Below, in pieces: positions 52,662 to 61,394 of a stretch of DNA of 64,000 bases. This stretch comes from Planctomycetota bacterium (lineage in GTDB: Bacteria; Planctomycetota; UBA11346), in contig JAFLCQ010000004.1 in assembly GCA_017302815.1 (NCBI GenBank), positions 492 to 64,491 of the forward strand, given 5' to 3'. The notes beneath the pieces were generated by a model. The model had not been told where the DNA came from. It saw nothing but the letters and a program-made list of their open reading frames with translations, and did not search any database. Numbering within the stretch: the first letter of the stretch is position 1; each line of letters begins with the position of its first letter. The translations under genes and the position numbers were made by a program.

Positions 52662-54262
52662 AGGCGCTGCTTCAGGAAAACGCCGTAAGCACGGTCCTCG
52701 ACCTGGATGTGACGAAGCAGCCAGTCGCGCATCGACAAGTGTAGACGCTCGGCCAGGTCCTGGCGATCCGCCTGCGGCGACGCGAGTCCGGCCCGCACCG
52801 ATTCGAGTTCGGCGGTGAAGCCCGCATGCATGCGGCGGTGTCCTTCGAGTCCTGGATAGCCTGCATCGGTCAACAGCTTTTCCTCGTCGGCGAAGTGCTC
52901 GCGCACGTAGCTATCGAGGAAGTCCATGGTCCGGTCCAACTCGGTGGCGCCGCAACCGCTGCGGATCGCCACCACCAGGGCGTTGAGCCGATCGAAAAGT
53001 TGGCGGTGCTGCGCATCCATCGCCTCGACTCCGACGGATAAGCCTGGCGTCCAGCCCGACAGCAATGGCAGGGCGATCTTGAGCAGCAGGGTGTAGATGA
53101 TCAAACCTCCGGCGACGATGCCGAGGGTTATCTTCCATTCGGTCAGCGATGGCACGTATTCGACCATCTCGTGCAGCGTGCTGGGAATGAAGCCGGGAAC
53201 CACCAGACCCATGCCCTTCTCGATCCAGATGCCGACGAAGGTCATCAGGCAGGCGGTGGCGAGCAGTGCCGGACGACGAATCAGTCCCGGCCACAGGAAC
53301 AGTCCGGCTGCGACGACGTTCAGCGCGATCGCGCTCCACATCCACGGCACTAGAGCGTAGTGGCCGTGAGCTCCGAAAAGGAGGTAGCGCAGGCTCGCGG
53401 CGTGCGTACTGCCGGCATAGAGTGCGGTAAAGCATTCCACGGCCAGCATGAAGAGGTTGATCAGCGCTGTGATCTGCACCACGCGTAACAGCAGGCGCAC
53501 AGGCTTATCGCCGAATGGATAGCTGCCTAACCGCTGAAGCACTAGCAGAACGACGATGATGAGAGCCGGTCCGGCGACGAAGGCGCTGGCGAGGAAGCGC
53601 GGCGCGAGCAGCGCGGTGTTCCAGAACGGCCGGCCGCCGAGGCCGCAATAGAGGAAGGCGGTGACGGTGTGGATCGACACCGCCCAGATGATCGAAAGGA
53701 AGACGAAGGGCAGGTACAGGCGCGGCGACGGGGCAGTCCCGCGCCAGCGGCTCCACAGCAGGTAGCCGCAGATCCAGGCGTTCAGGCCGAGATAACCGTT
53801 GAGCACGATGACGTCCCAGGTCAGTAGCGAAATCGGCCAGTTGAACCGGCCGATGCCGGGCATCATGTGCCAAAAACGATCTGGCCGTCCGAGATCGACC
53901 GTCACCGACAGCAGACAGACGATGATGGCACTGATTGCCAGCAGTTCGCCAACAATGACGGCGTCGTGCATCTCATGATCGTGGTACAGGTAGGCCGGGA
54001 TGACCATCATCACCGCCGCTGCTGCGACGCCGACGAAGAAGGTGAAGTTGGAGATATACAGGCCCCACGAGACATGGTCACCCATGCCGGTCACCTGCAT
54101 GCCGGAGACGACCTGGTTGGCCCAGGCGTTCACCCCGACCAGGGCGATGCAGGTCAGCAGGGTCATCCAGGCATAGAACAACGGACCGCCATCGGTGGCA
54201 TGGCCGAAGGCCTGGCGGAGGAAGGGCAGCAGGCCGGGACGATGCAGGGCGATGGCTGCCAT
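52655..54262 (-). CDS. NrfD/PsrC-type polytopic quinol-interacting membrane subunit fused to a C-terminal bacteriohemerythrin domain
   Basis: ATG at 54262. About 400 aa of multi-TM sequence typical of the NrfD family. C-terminus LSVGVEAMDAQHRQLFDRLN...SYVREHFADEEKLL...GHRRMHAGF...WLLRHIQVEDRAY is a hemerythrin metal-binding pattern (H, HxxxE, HxxxH, HxxxxD). Confidence 0.8.
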   Translation of the reverse strand: MAAIALHRPGLLPFLRQAFGHATDGGPLFYAWMTLLTCIALVGVNAWANQVVSGMQVTGMGDHVSWGLYISNFTFFVGVAAAAVMMVIPAYLYHDHEMHDAVIVGELLAISAIIVCLLSVTVDLGRPDRFWHMMPGIGRFNWPISLLTWDVIVLNGYLGLNAWICGYLLWSRWRGTAPSPRLYLPFVFLSIIWAVSIHTVTAFLYCGLGGRPFWNTALLAPRFLASAFVAGPALIIVVLLVLQRLGSYPFGDKPVRLLLRVVQITALINLFMLAVECFTALYAGSTHAASLRYLLFGAHGHYALVPWMWSAIALNVVAAGLFLWPGLIRRPALLATACLMTFVGIWIEKGMGLVVPGFIPSTLHEMVEYVPSLTEWKITLGIVAGGLIIYTLLLKIALPLLSGWTPGLSVGVEAMDAQHRQLFDRLNALVVAIRSGCGATELDRTMDFLDSYVREHFADEEKLLTDAGYPGLEGHRRMHAGFTAELESVRAGLASPQADRQDLAERLHLSMRDWLLRHIQVEDRAYGVFLKQRLC

Positions 54263-54266
54263 TGAC

Positions 54267-54680
54267 TCAGGCCTTCTCAAGCCGGTCGACGGCCGCGTAG
54301 AGCTCACTCTCCTCTGCCTTCACCCGAGCGACGATCGCAGCAACTATGCCGTTGAACGCCTTGGTGAAACCGGGCCGGTCGGCATCGATAGCTACACCTG
54401 CGTTGTAGGTGTGGTTGAACGCCTTGAAGGCAGTTCCCAGACCTCCCATCTCACTGGCGAAGCGCTTGGCCATGGCTGCGATCGCGCTGTCCTGCGAGGA
54501 TTGCAGTTGCGGGTACACCATGCGGTCCTCGGCGGCAAGGTGGATGGTCAGCTTGCCGCTGAACTCGATCAGCATTTTACGCAAATCAGTACCTGGCCTG
54601 CCGGCTTTGATGGCTTGGTCGATGGCTCCGAGTTGGGATGCGAGACCAACGTGCTGTTCGCGAAGGGAGGCTGTGAGCAT
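54267..54680 (-). CDS. Hemerythrin HHE-like cation-binding domain protein (137 aa)
   Basis: Four-helix pattern REQHVGLASQL ... LTIHLAAEDRMVYPQL ... AEESELYAAV. Sits between the FeS and NrfD genes. Confidence 0.55.
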   Translation of the reverse strand: MLTASLREQHVGLASQLGAIDQAIKAGRPGTDLRKMLIEFSGKLTIHLAAEDRMVYPQLQSSQDSAIAAMAKRFASEMGGLGTAFKAFNHTYNAGVAIDADRPGFTKAFNGIVAAIVARVKAEESELYAAVDRLEKA

Positions 54681-54689
54681 AGTGGCTCC

Positions 54690-55592
54690 TTATTTGTCGA
54701 AGAAGTAGAAGAACCGCGGCTTGGTGCCGAGGTCGTCCTTGAGGATGAAGACGCGCTTGTTCGCCAGTACCCAGCGGATGTCACTGTTCGGATCGGCTAG
54801 GTTCCCGAACACGCGCGCGCCCGTTGGGCAGGCCTCAAGGCAGGCGGGCAGCCGCCCCTCACGGGTGCGATGCAGACAGAAGGTGCATTTCTCCATCACG
54901 CCTTGCGGCCGAACGCGGTTGCTCAGATAGCCCTGGTCGGGATTGATCTCTTCAGGCCTGATCTCCGGCTTCTTCCAGTTGAAGCGGCGGGCGTGGTAGG
55001 GGCAGGCGGCCTCACAGTAACGGCAGCCTATGCACCAATTGTAGTCGACGACGACGATGCCGTCCTGCTCTTTCCATGTCGCTTCGACCGGGCAGACCTT
55101 GACACACGGTGCGTTGTCGCACTGGTGGCACTGCACCGGCATGTAGTACTTGCCCTTGGCCGGTACCGGATGGTCGTAGGTGGCGTCGCCCGTGGCCAAG
55201 TCGATCGATCCGTTATCCAGTTCGAACACGCGGATGTAGCTGTTGTGCGATGTCCGATCGTGGTTGTTCTCTTGGTGGCAGGCCTCGGCACAGCGTCGGC
55301 AGCCGACGCAAATGGACAGGTTGAGGGCGTAGCCGAACTGTACGCCCGGCATCGGCTGTGGTGCCGCGACGTGCACGTCGATGCCATGGCTGACCTTCGT
55401 GTCGGCCTCGATCCGACGACAGATGGCAGCAAGGTCTTCGGCGGTCAGTTCCTTGTAATGCCGGCGCAGGAACTCGTCGACGCTCTCAGCCGGCTGCCAT
55501 TGCGTCAGTGGGGCGATGGCAGCAGCGAATGCGCTGGCACCAAGCGTTGCACCGGCCGCCTTCAGTACCGTGCGCCTTGTCAAGTCACTCAT
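54690..55592 (-). CDS. Tat-exported 4Fe-4S ferredoxin subunit (NrfC/PsrB/HybA-like)
   Basis: ATG at 55592 gives MSDLTRRTVLKAAGATLGASAFAA (twin-arginine). Clusters CVGCRRCAEACHQEN, CHQCDNAPCVKVCP, CIGCRYCEAACP, CTFCLHR...CLEACP. Confidence 0.85.
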   Translation of the reverse strand: MSDLTRRTVLKAAGATLGASAFAAAIAPLTQWQPAESVDEFLRRHYKELTAEDLAAICRRIEADTKVSHGIDVHVAAPQPMPGVQFGYALNLSICVGCRRCAEACHQENNHDRTSHNSYIRVFELDNGSIDLATGDATYDHPVPAKGKYYMPVQCHQCDNAPCVKVCPVEATWKEQDGIVVVDYNWCIGCRYCEAACPYHARRFNWKKPEIRPEEINPDQGYLSNRVRPQGVMEKCTFCLHRTREGRLPACLEACPTGARVFGNLADPNSDIRWVLANKRVFILKDDLGTKPRFFYFFDK

Positions 55593-56178
55593 GCGCGGCT
55601 CCGTTCTGGAATCGGTCGTGTGCGTGCGGGGCCGGATGTACCGACTGGTACTTCGGTACATGGGCATCGTGGCAGTCGATGCAGGTGTTGCGCACGCGAC
55701 CGCCACGAGTCAGGTCCCAGTAGCCGTTCATGCCGCCATGTGCACCACGATCGTAGTCGCGACGCTGCGGCCCGTGGCACTGGCTGCAGAGTTCGATGGA
55801 GTCCTCAAAGGCGACCTTGCGTCCGTCGGCGAGCTTGAGCGAGTCGTAGTTGCCGGCATCGTGGCAGCTCAGGCATGTGTTCGTCCCGTGCGCGATCTGC
55901 AGGCCTTGATGGAACTGATCGAGGTCTGCGCTGGTGCGGTTCTTCGGATCGGGCTGACGCACGGCATGGCAGGTGCCGCAGGCGATGGTTGCCGGCCGAC
56001 CAGCGTGATTGATCGCACCGCTGGCGACACGAGGAGCCGGGTGGCGATTGATCTCCACCGGATGCGTCGCGGGAAGCGTGGTTGATCGCACTACGGGCCG
56101 CTGTCCGACTTCTGCGGCGAAAGCCGCAATAGCGAGGACGGCAGCGACGACCGCAAGCGCGCTCAGAGGAGGTGACAT
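55585..56178 (-). CDS. Membrane-anchored tetraheme cytochrome c
   Basis: ATG at 56178 gives MSPPLSALAVVAAVLAIAAFAA. Four CxxCH sites: CGTCH, CLSCH, CSQCH, CIDCH. Confidence 0.75.
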   Translation of the reverse strand: MSPPLSALAVVAAVLAIAAFAAEVGQRPVVRSTTLPATHPVEINRHPAPRVASGAINHAGRPATIACGTCHAVRQPDPKNRTSADLDQFHQGLQIAHGTNTCLSCHDAGNYDSLKLADGRKVAFEDSIELCSQCHGPQRRDYDRGAHGGMNGYWDLTRGGRVRNTCIDCHDAHVPKYQSVHPAPHAHDRFQNGAAHE

Positions 56179-56211
56179 GTAGACATAATGGCGGCTCCGG
56201 GCCGAACTCCC

Positions 56212-56225
56212 TTGATCTGGATCAA
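56212..56225. promoter_or_regulatory. FNR/CRP-family box 1 (TTGAT-N4-ATCAA)
   Basis: TTGATCTGGATCAA, a perfect match to the FNR-type half-sites, in the divergent intergenic region between the cytochrome operon and napD. Confidence 0.7.
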
Positions 56226-56258
56226 CTTGCAGCATCAGGGAATCCCCGATGTCGGCTG

Positions 56259-56272
56259 TTGATCCAGATCAA
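56259..56272. promoter_or_regulatory. FNR/CRP-family box 2 (TTGAT-N4-ATCAA)
   Basis: TTGATCCAGATCAA, a perfect match, 47 bp centre-to-centre from box 1. With flanks, the 16-mers at 56211-56226 and 56258-56273 are exact reverse complements. Confidence 0.7.
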
Positions 56273-56305
56273 GGCAAAGCCATCGCCGACGTGGATCCTG
56301 TCTGC

Positions 56306-56572
56306 ATGTCCATTAGCAGTCTGGTCATCGATGCCGCCACGGATGAACATGGCCGGCAGGCACTCGCCTCCATCGCAGCCGATCCGCGATTCACCCTCGG
56401 ACCGTCGTACGGTAACCGCCACGCCGTCGTGATCGACACGCCATCGGTTGCCGAGGACACCGACGCCTTCGCGTGGTTGAGCGACTTGCCCGGCGTCCGT
56501 CTGGTGACGCTGGTGCGCGCCTATCTCGACGACGAGGCGCTACCTGCCGGCGCTGCCGCCAACTACCTCTAG
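56306..56572 (+). CDS. napD: NapD, NapA maturation chaperone
   Basis: Internal ATG gives MSISSLVIDAATDEHGRQALASIAADPRF...VVIDTPSVAEDTDAFAWLSDLPGVRLVTLVRAYLD, the NapD pattern, immediately upstream of napA. The alternative start at 56249 would place FNR box 2 inside the coding sequence. Confidence 0.65.
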   Translation: MSISSLVIDAATDEHGRQALASIAADPRFTLGPSYGNRHAVVIDTPSVAEDTDAFAWLSDLPGVRLVTLVRAYLDDEALPAGAAANYL

Positions 56573-56579
56573 GAAGCCC

Positions 56580-59018
56580 ATGAACGATCTCGACCGCCGC
56601 GCCTTCCTCAAGACCTCGGCCATGGCTGCGGCCGCCGCCATGATCCTGCCGCAACTGGGGTCGGCCGTCGAGGGCGATGCACCGGCCGCCGACGGCATCC
56701 GCTGGGACAAGGCGCCGTGCCGCTTCTGCGGCACCGGCTGCGGCGTGCTACTGGGGGCCAAGGACGGCAAGATCGTTGCCATGCAGGCCGACAAGGAGGC
56801 CTCGGTCAACAAGGGCCTGTGCTGCGTCAAGGGCTACCACGTCGGCCTCATCCTCTACGGCCAGGACCGCCTGACCGTGCCGCAGAAGCGGGTCGATGGC
56901 AAGCTGGTGCCGATCTCCTGGGAGGAGGCGATCGCCATCATCCGCGACCGCATATCCGCCTCGCCGGCCAAGTTCGCCATGTACGGCTCCGGCCAGTGGA
57001 CCATCCCCGAAGGCTACGTCGCCAACAAGTTCGTGAAGGGCGGCCTGGGCCACAACCACATCGATCCCAATGCCCGCCTGTGCATGGCCAGCGCCGCCGC
57101 CGGTTTCAACGCCACCTACGGCGTCGACGAGCCGGCCGGTTGCTACGATGACCTCGACCACTGCACCGTGCTGATCGACTGGGGCAACAACCCGGCCGAG
57201 ATGCATCCGGTGCTGTTCTCGCGGGTCATGGACCGCCGGCTCAAGGGCGACAAGGTCCTCTACATCGACCTGACCACGCGGCGCACCCGCTCCAGCGAGC
57301 AGGCCGACCACGTCGCATTCTTCAAGCCGAACAGCGATCTCGCGATCGCCAACGGCATCGCCCATCTGTTGGTCAAAGCCGGCTTCCTCGACAAGCCGTG
57401 GGTCGACAAGTTCTTCCGCCTGCGCCAGCGGGTAGCGGAATACGCGCCGGATCCGACCAAGCGCGACGTCTACGATGCCGAGGCGATCCATCCGAAGAAC
57501 CTCAACGGCAAGGACATCACCCGCGAGGAGTACGTGAAGAACCTGGAGTTCTACACCCCCGAGAAGGTCGAGGAGATCAGCGGCGTCCCGGCCTCGCTGA
57601 TCAGGCTGATGGCGGAGAAGATGGCCGATCCGAACGAGCGCGTGCTGTCGTGGTGGTGCATGGGGCCGAACCAGCACACCCGCGGGACAGCGATGAACTC
57701 GCTGCTGCATTCGATCCACCACCTGAGCGGCCAATGGGGCAAGCCGGGTGCCAGCGCGTTCTCGCTCACCGGCCAGCCCAGCGCCTGCGGCACCGCGCGC
57801 GAAGTCGGCACGTTTTCGCACCTGTTGCCCGGTCACTTGCCGGTGCTCAACCCGCACTACCGCGAGGTCACCGAGGATCTGTGGCACCTGCCCAAGGGCC
57901 GCATCTCGGACAAGATCGGGTTCCACACGGTCAAGATGTGGGAGGAGTTCTGCACGGAGGGCGGCGCGATCGACACCATCTGGGTCCAGGTGACCAACCC
58001 CGGCCAGACTTTGCCGCACCAGAACAAGCTGTTCCTGGCCAAGAAGGACCGGAAGGACAAGTTCCTCATCGTCAGTGACGTCTATCCGACGGCGACCACG
58101 GCCCTGGCCGACCTCGTCCTGCCCTCGGCGATGTACGTCGAGAAGAACGGCATGTACGGCAACGCAGAGCGCAAGCAGCAGCAGTGGTTCAAGATGGTCG
58201 AACCGCCCGGCCAGGCCCGCCCGGACGCCTGGCAGGTGTTGGCGGTCGCCAAGGCAATGTTCGACGCCGGCTTTCCAGGCATGAAGGACAAGGACGGCGA
58301 GTGGATCTTCGCCAAGACGCTAAAAAAATCCGACGGTTCGCTGATCCCGGCCTGGGATTTCGCGCACTATTACGATGTCAACGTGGACGAACGGATGTTC
58401 GAGGAGTACCGCCCCTTTACCAAGATCAAACACAAGGATCTGGCGCCCTACGCCGTGTACGCCAAGGCGCATGGCCTGCGCTGGCCGGTGGTGGAGAAGA
58501 CGCCGGGCAATTGGGAGGAGACGCTGTGGCGCTTCGTCGAGGGCAAGGATCCCTACGTCAAGCCCGGCACTGGCCTGCAGTTCTACCACTCCAACACCAA
58601 GGACGACAAGGCCTTCATCTGGTGGCATCCGTACGAGGCGGCACCGGAGGAGCCCGATGCCGAGTACCCGTTCTGGCTGTGCACCGGCCGCGTGCTCGAG
58701 CACTGGCATTCCGGCACGATGACCATGCGCGTGCCGCCGCTGCAGCGCTCGATGCCGCACGCCTACATAGAGATCCACCCCGACGATGCGGCAGCGATGA
58801 ACGTCAGAAGCGGCGACAAGGTGATCGTCGAGTCGCGACGCGGCGCGCTGACCCTGCCGGCCTGGATCAAGGGCCGTGGCCAACCGCCCAAGGGGAGCTG
58901 CTTCGTGCCGTTCTTTGACGAACGCCTGCAGATCAACCTGGTGACCAAGGACTACCACGATCCCTTCTCCAAGCAGCCCGACTTCAAGAAGTGTGCCGTC
59001 CGGCTGCGGAAGGCCTGA
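56580..59018 (+). CDS. napA: Periplasmic nitrate reductase catalytic subunit NapA
   Basis: Tat signal DRRAFLKTSAMAAAAA. 4Fe-4S motif CRFCGTGCGV...CCVKG. 812 aa molybdopterin oxidoreductase ending DFKKCAVRLRKA. Confidence 0.95.
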   Translation: MNDLDRRAFLKTSAMAAAAAMILPQLGSAVEGDAPAADGIRWDKAPCRFCGTGCGVLLGAKDGKIVAMQADKEASVNKGLCCVKGYHVGLILYGQDRLTVPQKRVDGKLVPISWEEAIAIIRDRISASPAKFAMYGSGQWTIPEGYVANKFVKGGLGHNHIDPNARLCMASAAAGFNATYGVDEPAGCYDDLDHCTVLIDWGNNPAEMHPVLFSRVMDRRLKGDKVLYIDLTTRRTRSSEQADHVAFFKPNSDLAIANGIAHLLVKAGFLDKPWVDKFFRLRQRVAEYAPDPTKRDVYDAEAIHPKNLNGKDITREEYVKNLEFYTPEKVEEISGVPASLIRLMAEKMADPNERVLSWWCMGPNQHTRGTAMNSLLHSIHHLSGQWGKPGASAFSLTGQPSACGTAREVGTFSHLLPGHLPVLNPHYREVTEDLWHLPKGRISDKIGFHTVKMWEEFCTEGGAIDTIWVQVTNPGQTLPHQNKLFLAKKDRKDKFLIVSDVYPTATTALADLVLPSAMYVEKNGMYGNAERKQQQWFKMVEPPGQARPDAWQVLAVAKAMFDAGFPGMKDKDGEWIFAKTLKKSDGSLIPAWDFAHYYDVNVDERMFEEYRPFTKIKHKDLAPYAVYAKAHGLRWPVVEKTPGNWEETLWRFVEGKDPYVKPGTGLQFYHSNTKDDKAFIWWHPYEAAPEEPDAEYPFWLCTGRVLEHWHSGTMTMRVPPLQRSMPHAYIEIHPDDAAAMNVRSGDKVIVESRRGALTLPAWIKGRGQPPKGSCFVPFFDERLQINLVTKDYHDPFSKQPDFKKCAVRLRKA

Positions 59019-59020
59019 GT

Positions 59021-59794
59021 ATGGTCGTCCCGTCCAAGATTCTGGTGATCGGCGCCCTGGGCGTCGTCGCCGTCGCGCTGGTAGGCATGGTGGTCGGATT
59101 CGGCCATCCTGCGCCCGGATGGCAGCCGGCAACCGGGGCGTCAAGCGACCGGCTCAGTGCAGCTTTGCCAGCTGTCCACTATCGTGACATGGATGGCAAG
59201 GCGCGGGGTCCGAACCGTGCATACACGAGCACCTTGGCCACGCTCGTTGGCCATGGGCCGGCCTTGATGGATGCGGTGCCCTTTGATCCCAAGCTGCGCG
59301 CCGAGGCGGTGGCGCGACGGGCCGCGCGTCGGGCGTACAACGGTGCTCCGCCGATCATTCCGCATCCGGTCGATGCCAACGATGTCACGAGCTGCTACCA
59401 GTGCCATGGCGAGGGCAAGGTCATCGGTCCCTTGATCGCCCCGAAGATCAGCCATCAGCGGTATACCAACTGTACGCAATGCCACGCCCCGGTCGTGACC
59501 GAAACGCCCGGCGGCAGTCAGGGCCTGGAGGTGAAGAACGAGTTCGTCGGCGTGGTCTCGGGCGGCCGTGGCAGCCGCGCCTACATCGGCGCCCCGCCGA
59601 CCATCCCGCATGCCACCAGCATGCGTGAGAACTGTACCAGCTGCCACGGCACGCTCGGTCTCACCGGACTACGCTCGTCGCATCCCTGGCGGGTGAACTG
59701 CACGCAGTGCCATGCGCCCAGCGCGGTGCTGGAGCAGGCGCGCTTCGATGATCCCAGCCCGCCGCCATGGGCCGGCGAGACGACCGGCAAGTAG
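59021..59794 (+). CDS. napB: NapB-like cytochrome c with internal duplication (four CxxCH), N-terminal membrane anchor
   Basis: ATG at 59021. Repeat 1: RAYNGAPPIIPH...CYQCH...SHQRYTNCTQCHAP. Repeat 2: RAYIGAPPTIPH...CTSCH...SHPWRVNCTQCHAP. Each repeat equals one diheme NapB module. Confidence 0.75.
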   Translation: MVVPSKILVIGALGVVAVALVGMVVGFGHPAPGWQPATGASSDRLSAALPAVHYRDMDGKARGPNRAYTSTLATLVGHGPALMDAVPFDPKLRAEAVARRAARRAYNGAPPIIPHPVDANDVTSCYQCHGEGKVIGPLIAPKISHQRYTNCTQCHAPVVTETPGGSQGLEVKNEFVGVVSGGRGSRAYIGAPPTIPHATSMRENCTSCHGTLGLTGLRSSHPWRVNCTQCHAPSAVLEQARFDDPSPPPWAGETTGK

Positions 59795-59795
59795 C

Positions 59796-61394
59796 ATGGC
59801 CTGCGCCACGGCACCCTGGTGGCGGCGCTGGAGCGCGTGGCGCCGCACGGTGCAACTCCTGTGCCTGGCGGGGTTCGTCGTGCTGATCATCGCCACCGCG
59901 ACCTCGGCCGAGCAGGCCTACGCCGTGCCGGATGTCGCCTGGTTGCCGTTCAGCCTCGATCCGTTGGTTGCCTTGCTCGCCATGGTCGCTGGCACCGCAA
60001 CCATGGCGGTGGTGCTGTGGGGATTGGCCGCCGTCGCATTCACCCTGGTATTCGGCCGCGCCTTCTGCGGCTGGATCTGCCCGCTGGGTACGGCGATGGA
60101 CACGGTGCGACGTATTGGCGGTGCGATCCCGCCCCTGCGGCGCGCGCAAGCCAGACTCAACCGTCGCACCGTCGGTTTACTCGGGGCCATGGGGCGCTGG
60201 CCGCTGGCCGTGCTCATCGCCCTGCTGCTGGCCACCGCCCTGGGCAGTCCGCTGCTCGGCGTGCTGGAGCCGCTGGCAATCGGCGAGCGGGCGGTGGCCA
60301 CTGCGATCGGACCGTGGAGCAGTCAGCTCGGCCAGCGCTGGCACGATGCCGGACGCCAGGCCGAACGCGAACCGGCACCGGGTTTCATCGACGACTACCG
60401 CTTCATCGGTGCGCCGGTGCGACAGGTTGAGCACTCCTACCCCTGGGGTTGGATCGGTGCCGCTGTGCTTGGCGGCATCCTGATCGCCGAACTGGTCATG
60501 CCGCGTTTCTGGTGCCGGAGCCTCTGCCCGACCGGAGCCGCCCTCGGCCTGCTGTCGCGCTGGTCGCTGATCCGCCGTCTGCCCGGGAAGACGTGCGGAT
60601 CCTGCCACGCCTGCGTCGACCGCTGTCATCTCGGCGCCTTCACCGCGGAGGGGAAGCTGATCCCCAGCGCCTGCACCGCCTGCATGTCCTGCCTCGATGT
60701 CTGCCCGAGCGGTGCCGCCCAGTTGCGTCCCGCTCCAACGATCCCGCGTGGCGGCCCGGACATCACCCGGCGCGGTCTGCTGGCCGCTGGCATAGTCGGA
60801 GCGGCGCTGCCATTGGCCGGCCGCATCGGCACGGCCACGCCCGATCCGCACGGCATCCGCCCGCCGGGCGTCGCTGATGGAGCGCGCTTCCTCGACGCTT
60901 GCATCCGCTGCGGCGCCTGCGTCCAGGCCTGCCCGACCCATGGCCTCGTTCCCGCTCTGTTCGAAGATGGTCTGCCCGGTCTGTTCGCCCCGCGCCTGGT
61001 GCCGCGCCAGGGCCCGTGCGAACACGGTTGCAACGCCTGCGCCGAGGTCTGCCCCACCCATGCCATACCGTTGGTGGAACTCGCAGATAAGTTCCGCACC
61101 GCGATGGGGGTGGCGGTGCACGATCACCACCGTTGCATCCCGTGGTCCGGCGGCGGCGAATGCCGGGTCTGCTGGGAGCACTGCCCGGTCGAGGGCAAGG
61201 CCATCACCCTCAAGCTGGCCTTCGCCCCCAACGGCCAGGCCATCCCCATGCCGGGTGTCGATGCAGCCGCCTGCGTCGGCTGCGGCACCTGCGAGTTCGT
61301 CTGCCCAATCGAAGGCGCGGCCGGCATCCGCGTCGCGACCACCGCCCAAGCCGACACCGTCCGGGCTCGGCTCCAGCCGAAAGCACGGGCATGA
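59796..61394 (+). CDS. napH: NapH-NapG fusion protein (membrane ferredoxin-type quinol dehydrogenase)
   Basis: ATG at 59796. N-terminal half: TM helices with GRAFCGWICP and FWCRSLCP (NapH CxxxCP motifs) plus CGSCHACVDRC / CTACMSCLDVCP. C-terminal half: a Tat-like ITRRGLLAAG segment, then CIRCGACVQACP, CNACAEVCP, CRVCWEHCP, CVGCGTCEFVCP (NapG-like). Confidence 0.7.
   Translation: MACATAPWWRRWSAWRRTVQLLCLAGFVVLIIATATSAEQAYAVPDVAWLPFSLDPLVALLAMVAGTATMAVVLWGLAAVAFTLVFGRAFCGWICPLGTAMDTVRRIGGAIPPLRRAQARLNRRTVGLLGAMGRWPLAVLIALLLATALGSPLLGVLEPLAIGERAVATAIGPWSSQLGQRWHDAGRQAEREPAPGFIDDYRFIGAPVRQVEHSYPWGWIGAAVLGGILIAELVMPRFWCRSLCPTGAALGLLSRWSLIRRLPGKTCGSCHACVDRCHLGAFTAEGKLIPSACTACMSCLDVCPSGAAQLRPAPTIPRGGPDITRRGLLAAGIVGAALPLAGRIGTATPDPHGIRPPGVADGARFLDACIRCGACVQACPTHGLVPALFEDGLPGLFAPRLVPRQGPCEHGCNACAEVCPTHAIPLVELADKFRTAMGVAVHDHHRCIPWSGGGECRVCWEHCPVEGKAITLKLAFAPNGQAIPMPGVDAAACVGCGTCEFVCPIEGAAGIRVATTAQADTVRARLQPKARA

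Noticed and set aside
56249-56305. Longer napD start at 56249 (has an AGGGAA RBS-like element)
   Set aside because: It would place FNR box 2 inside the coding sequence and add 19 residues before the conserved NapD beginning. It remains possible and is noted as an alternative.
56748-58019. 423-aa minus-strand ORF
   Set aside because: Antisense to napA, which is unambiguous.
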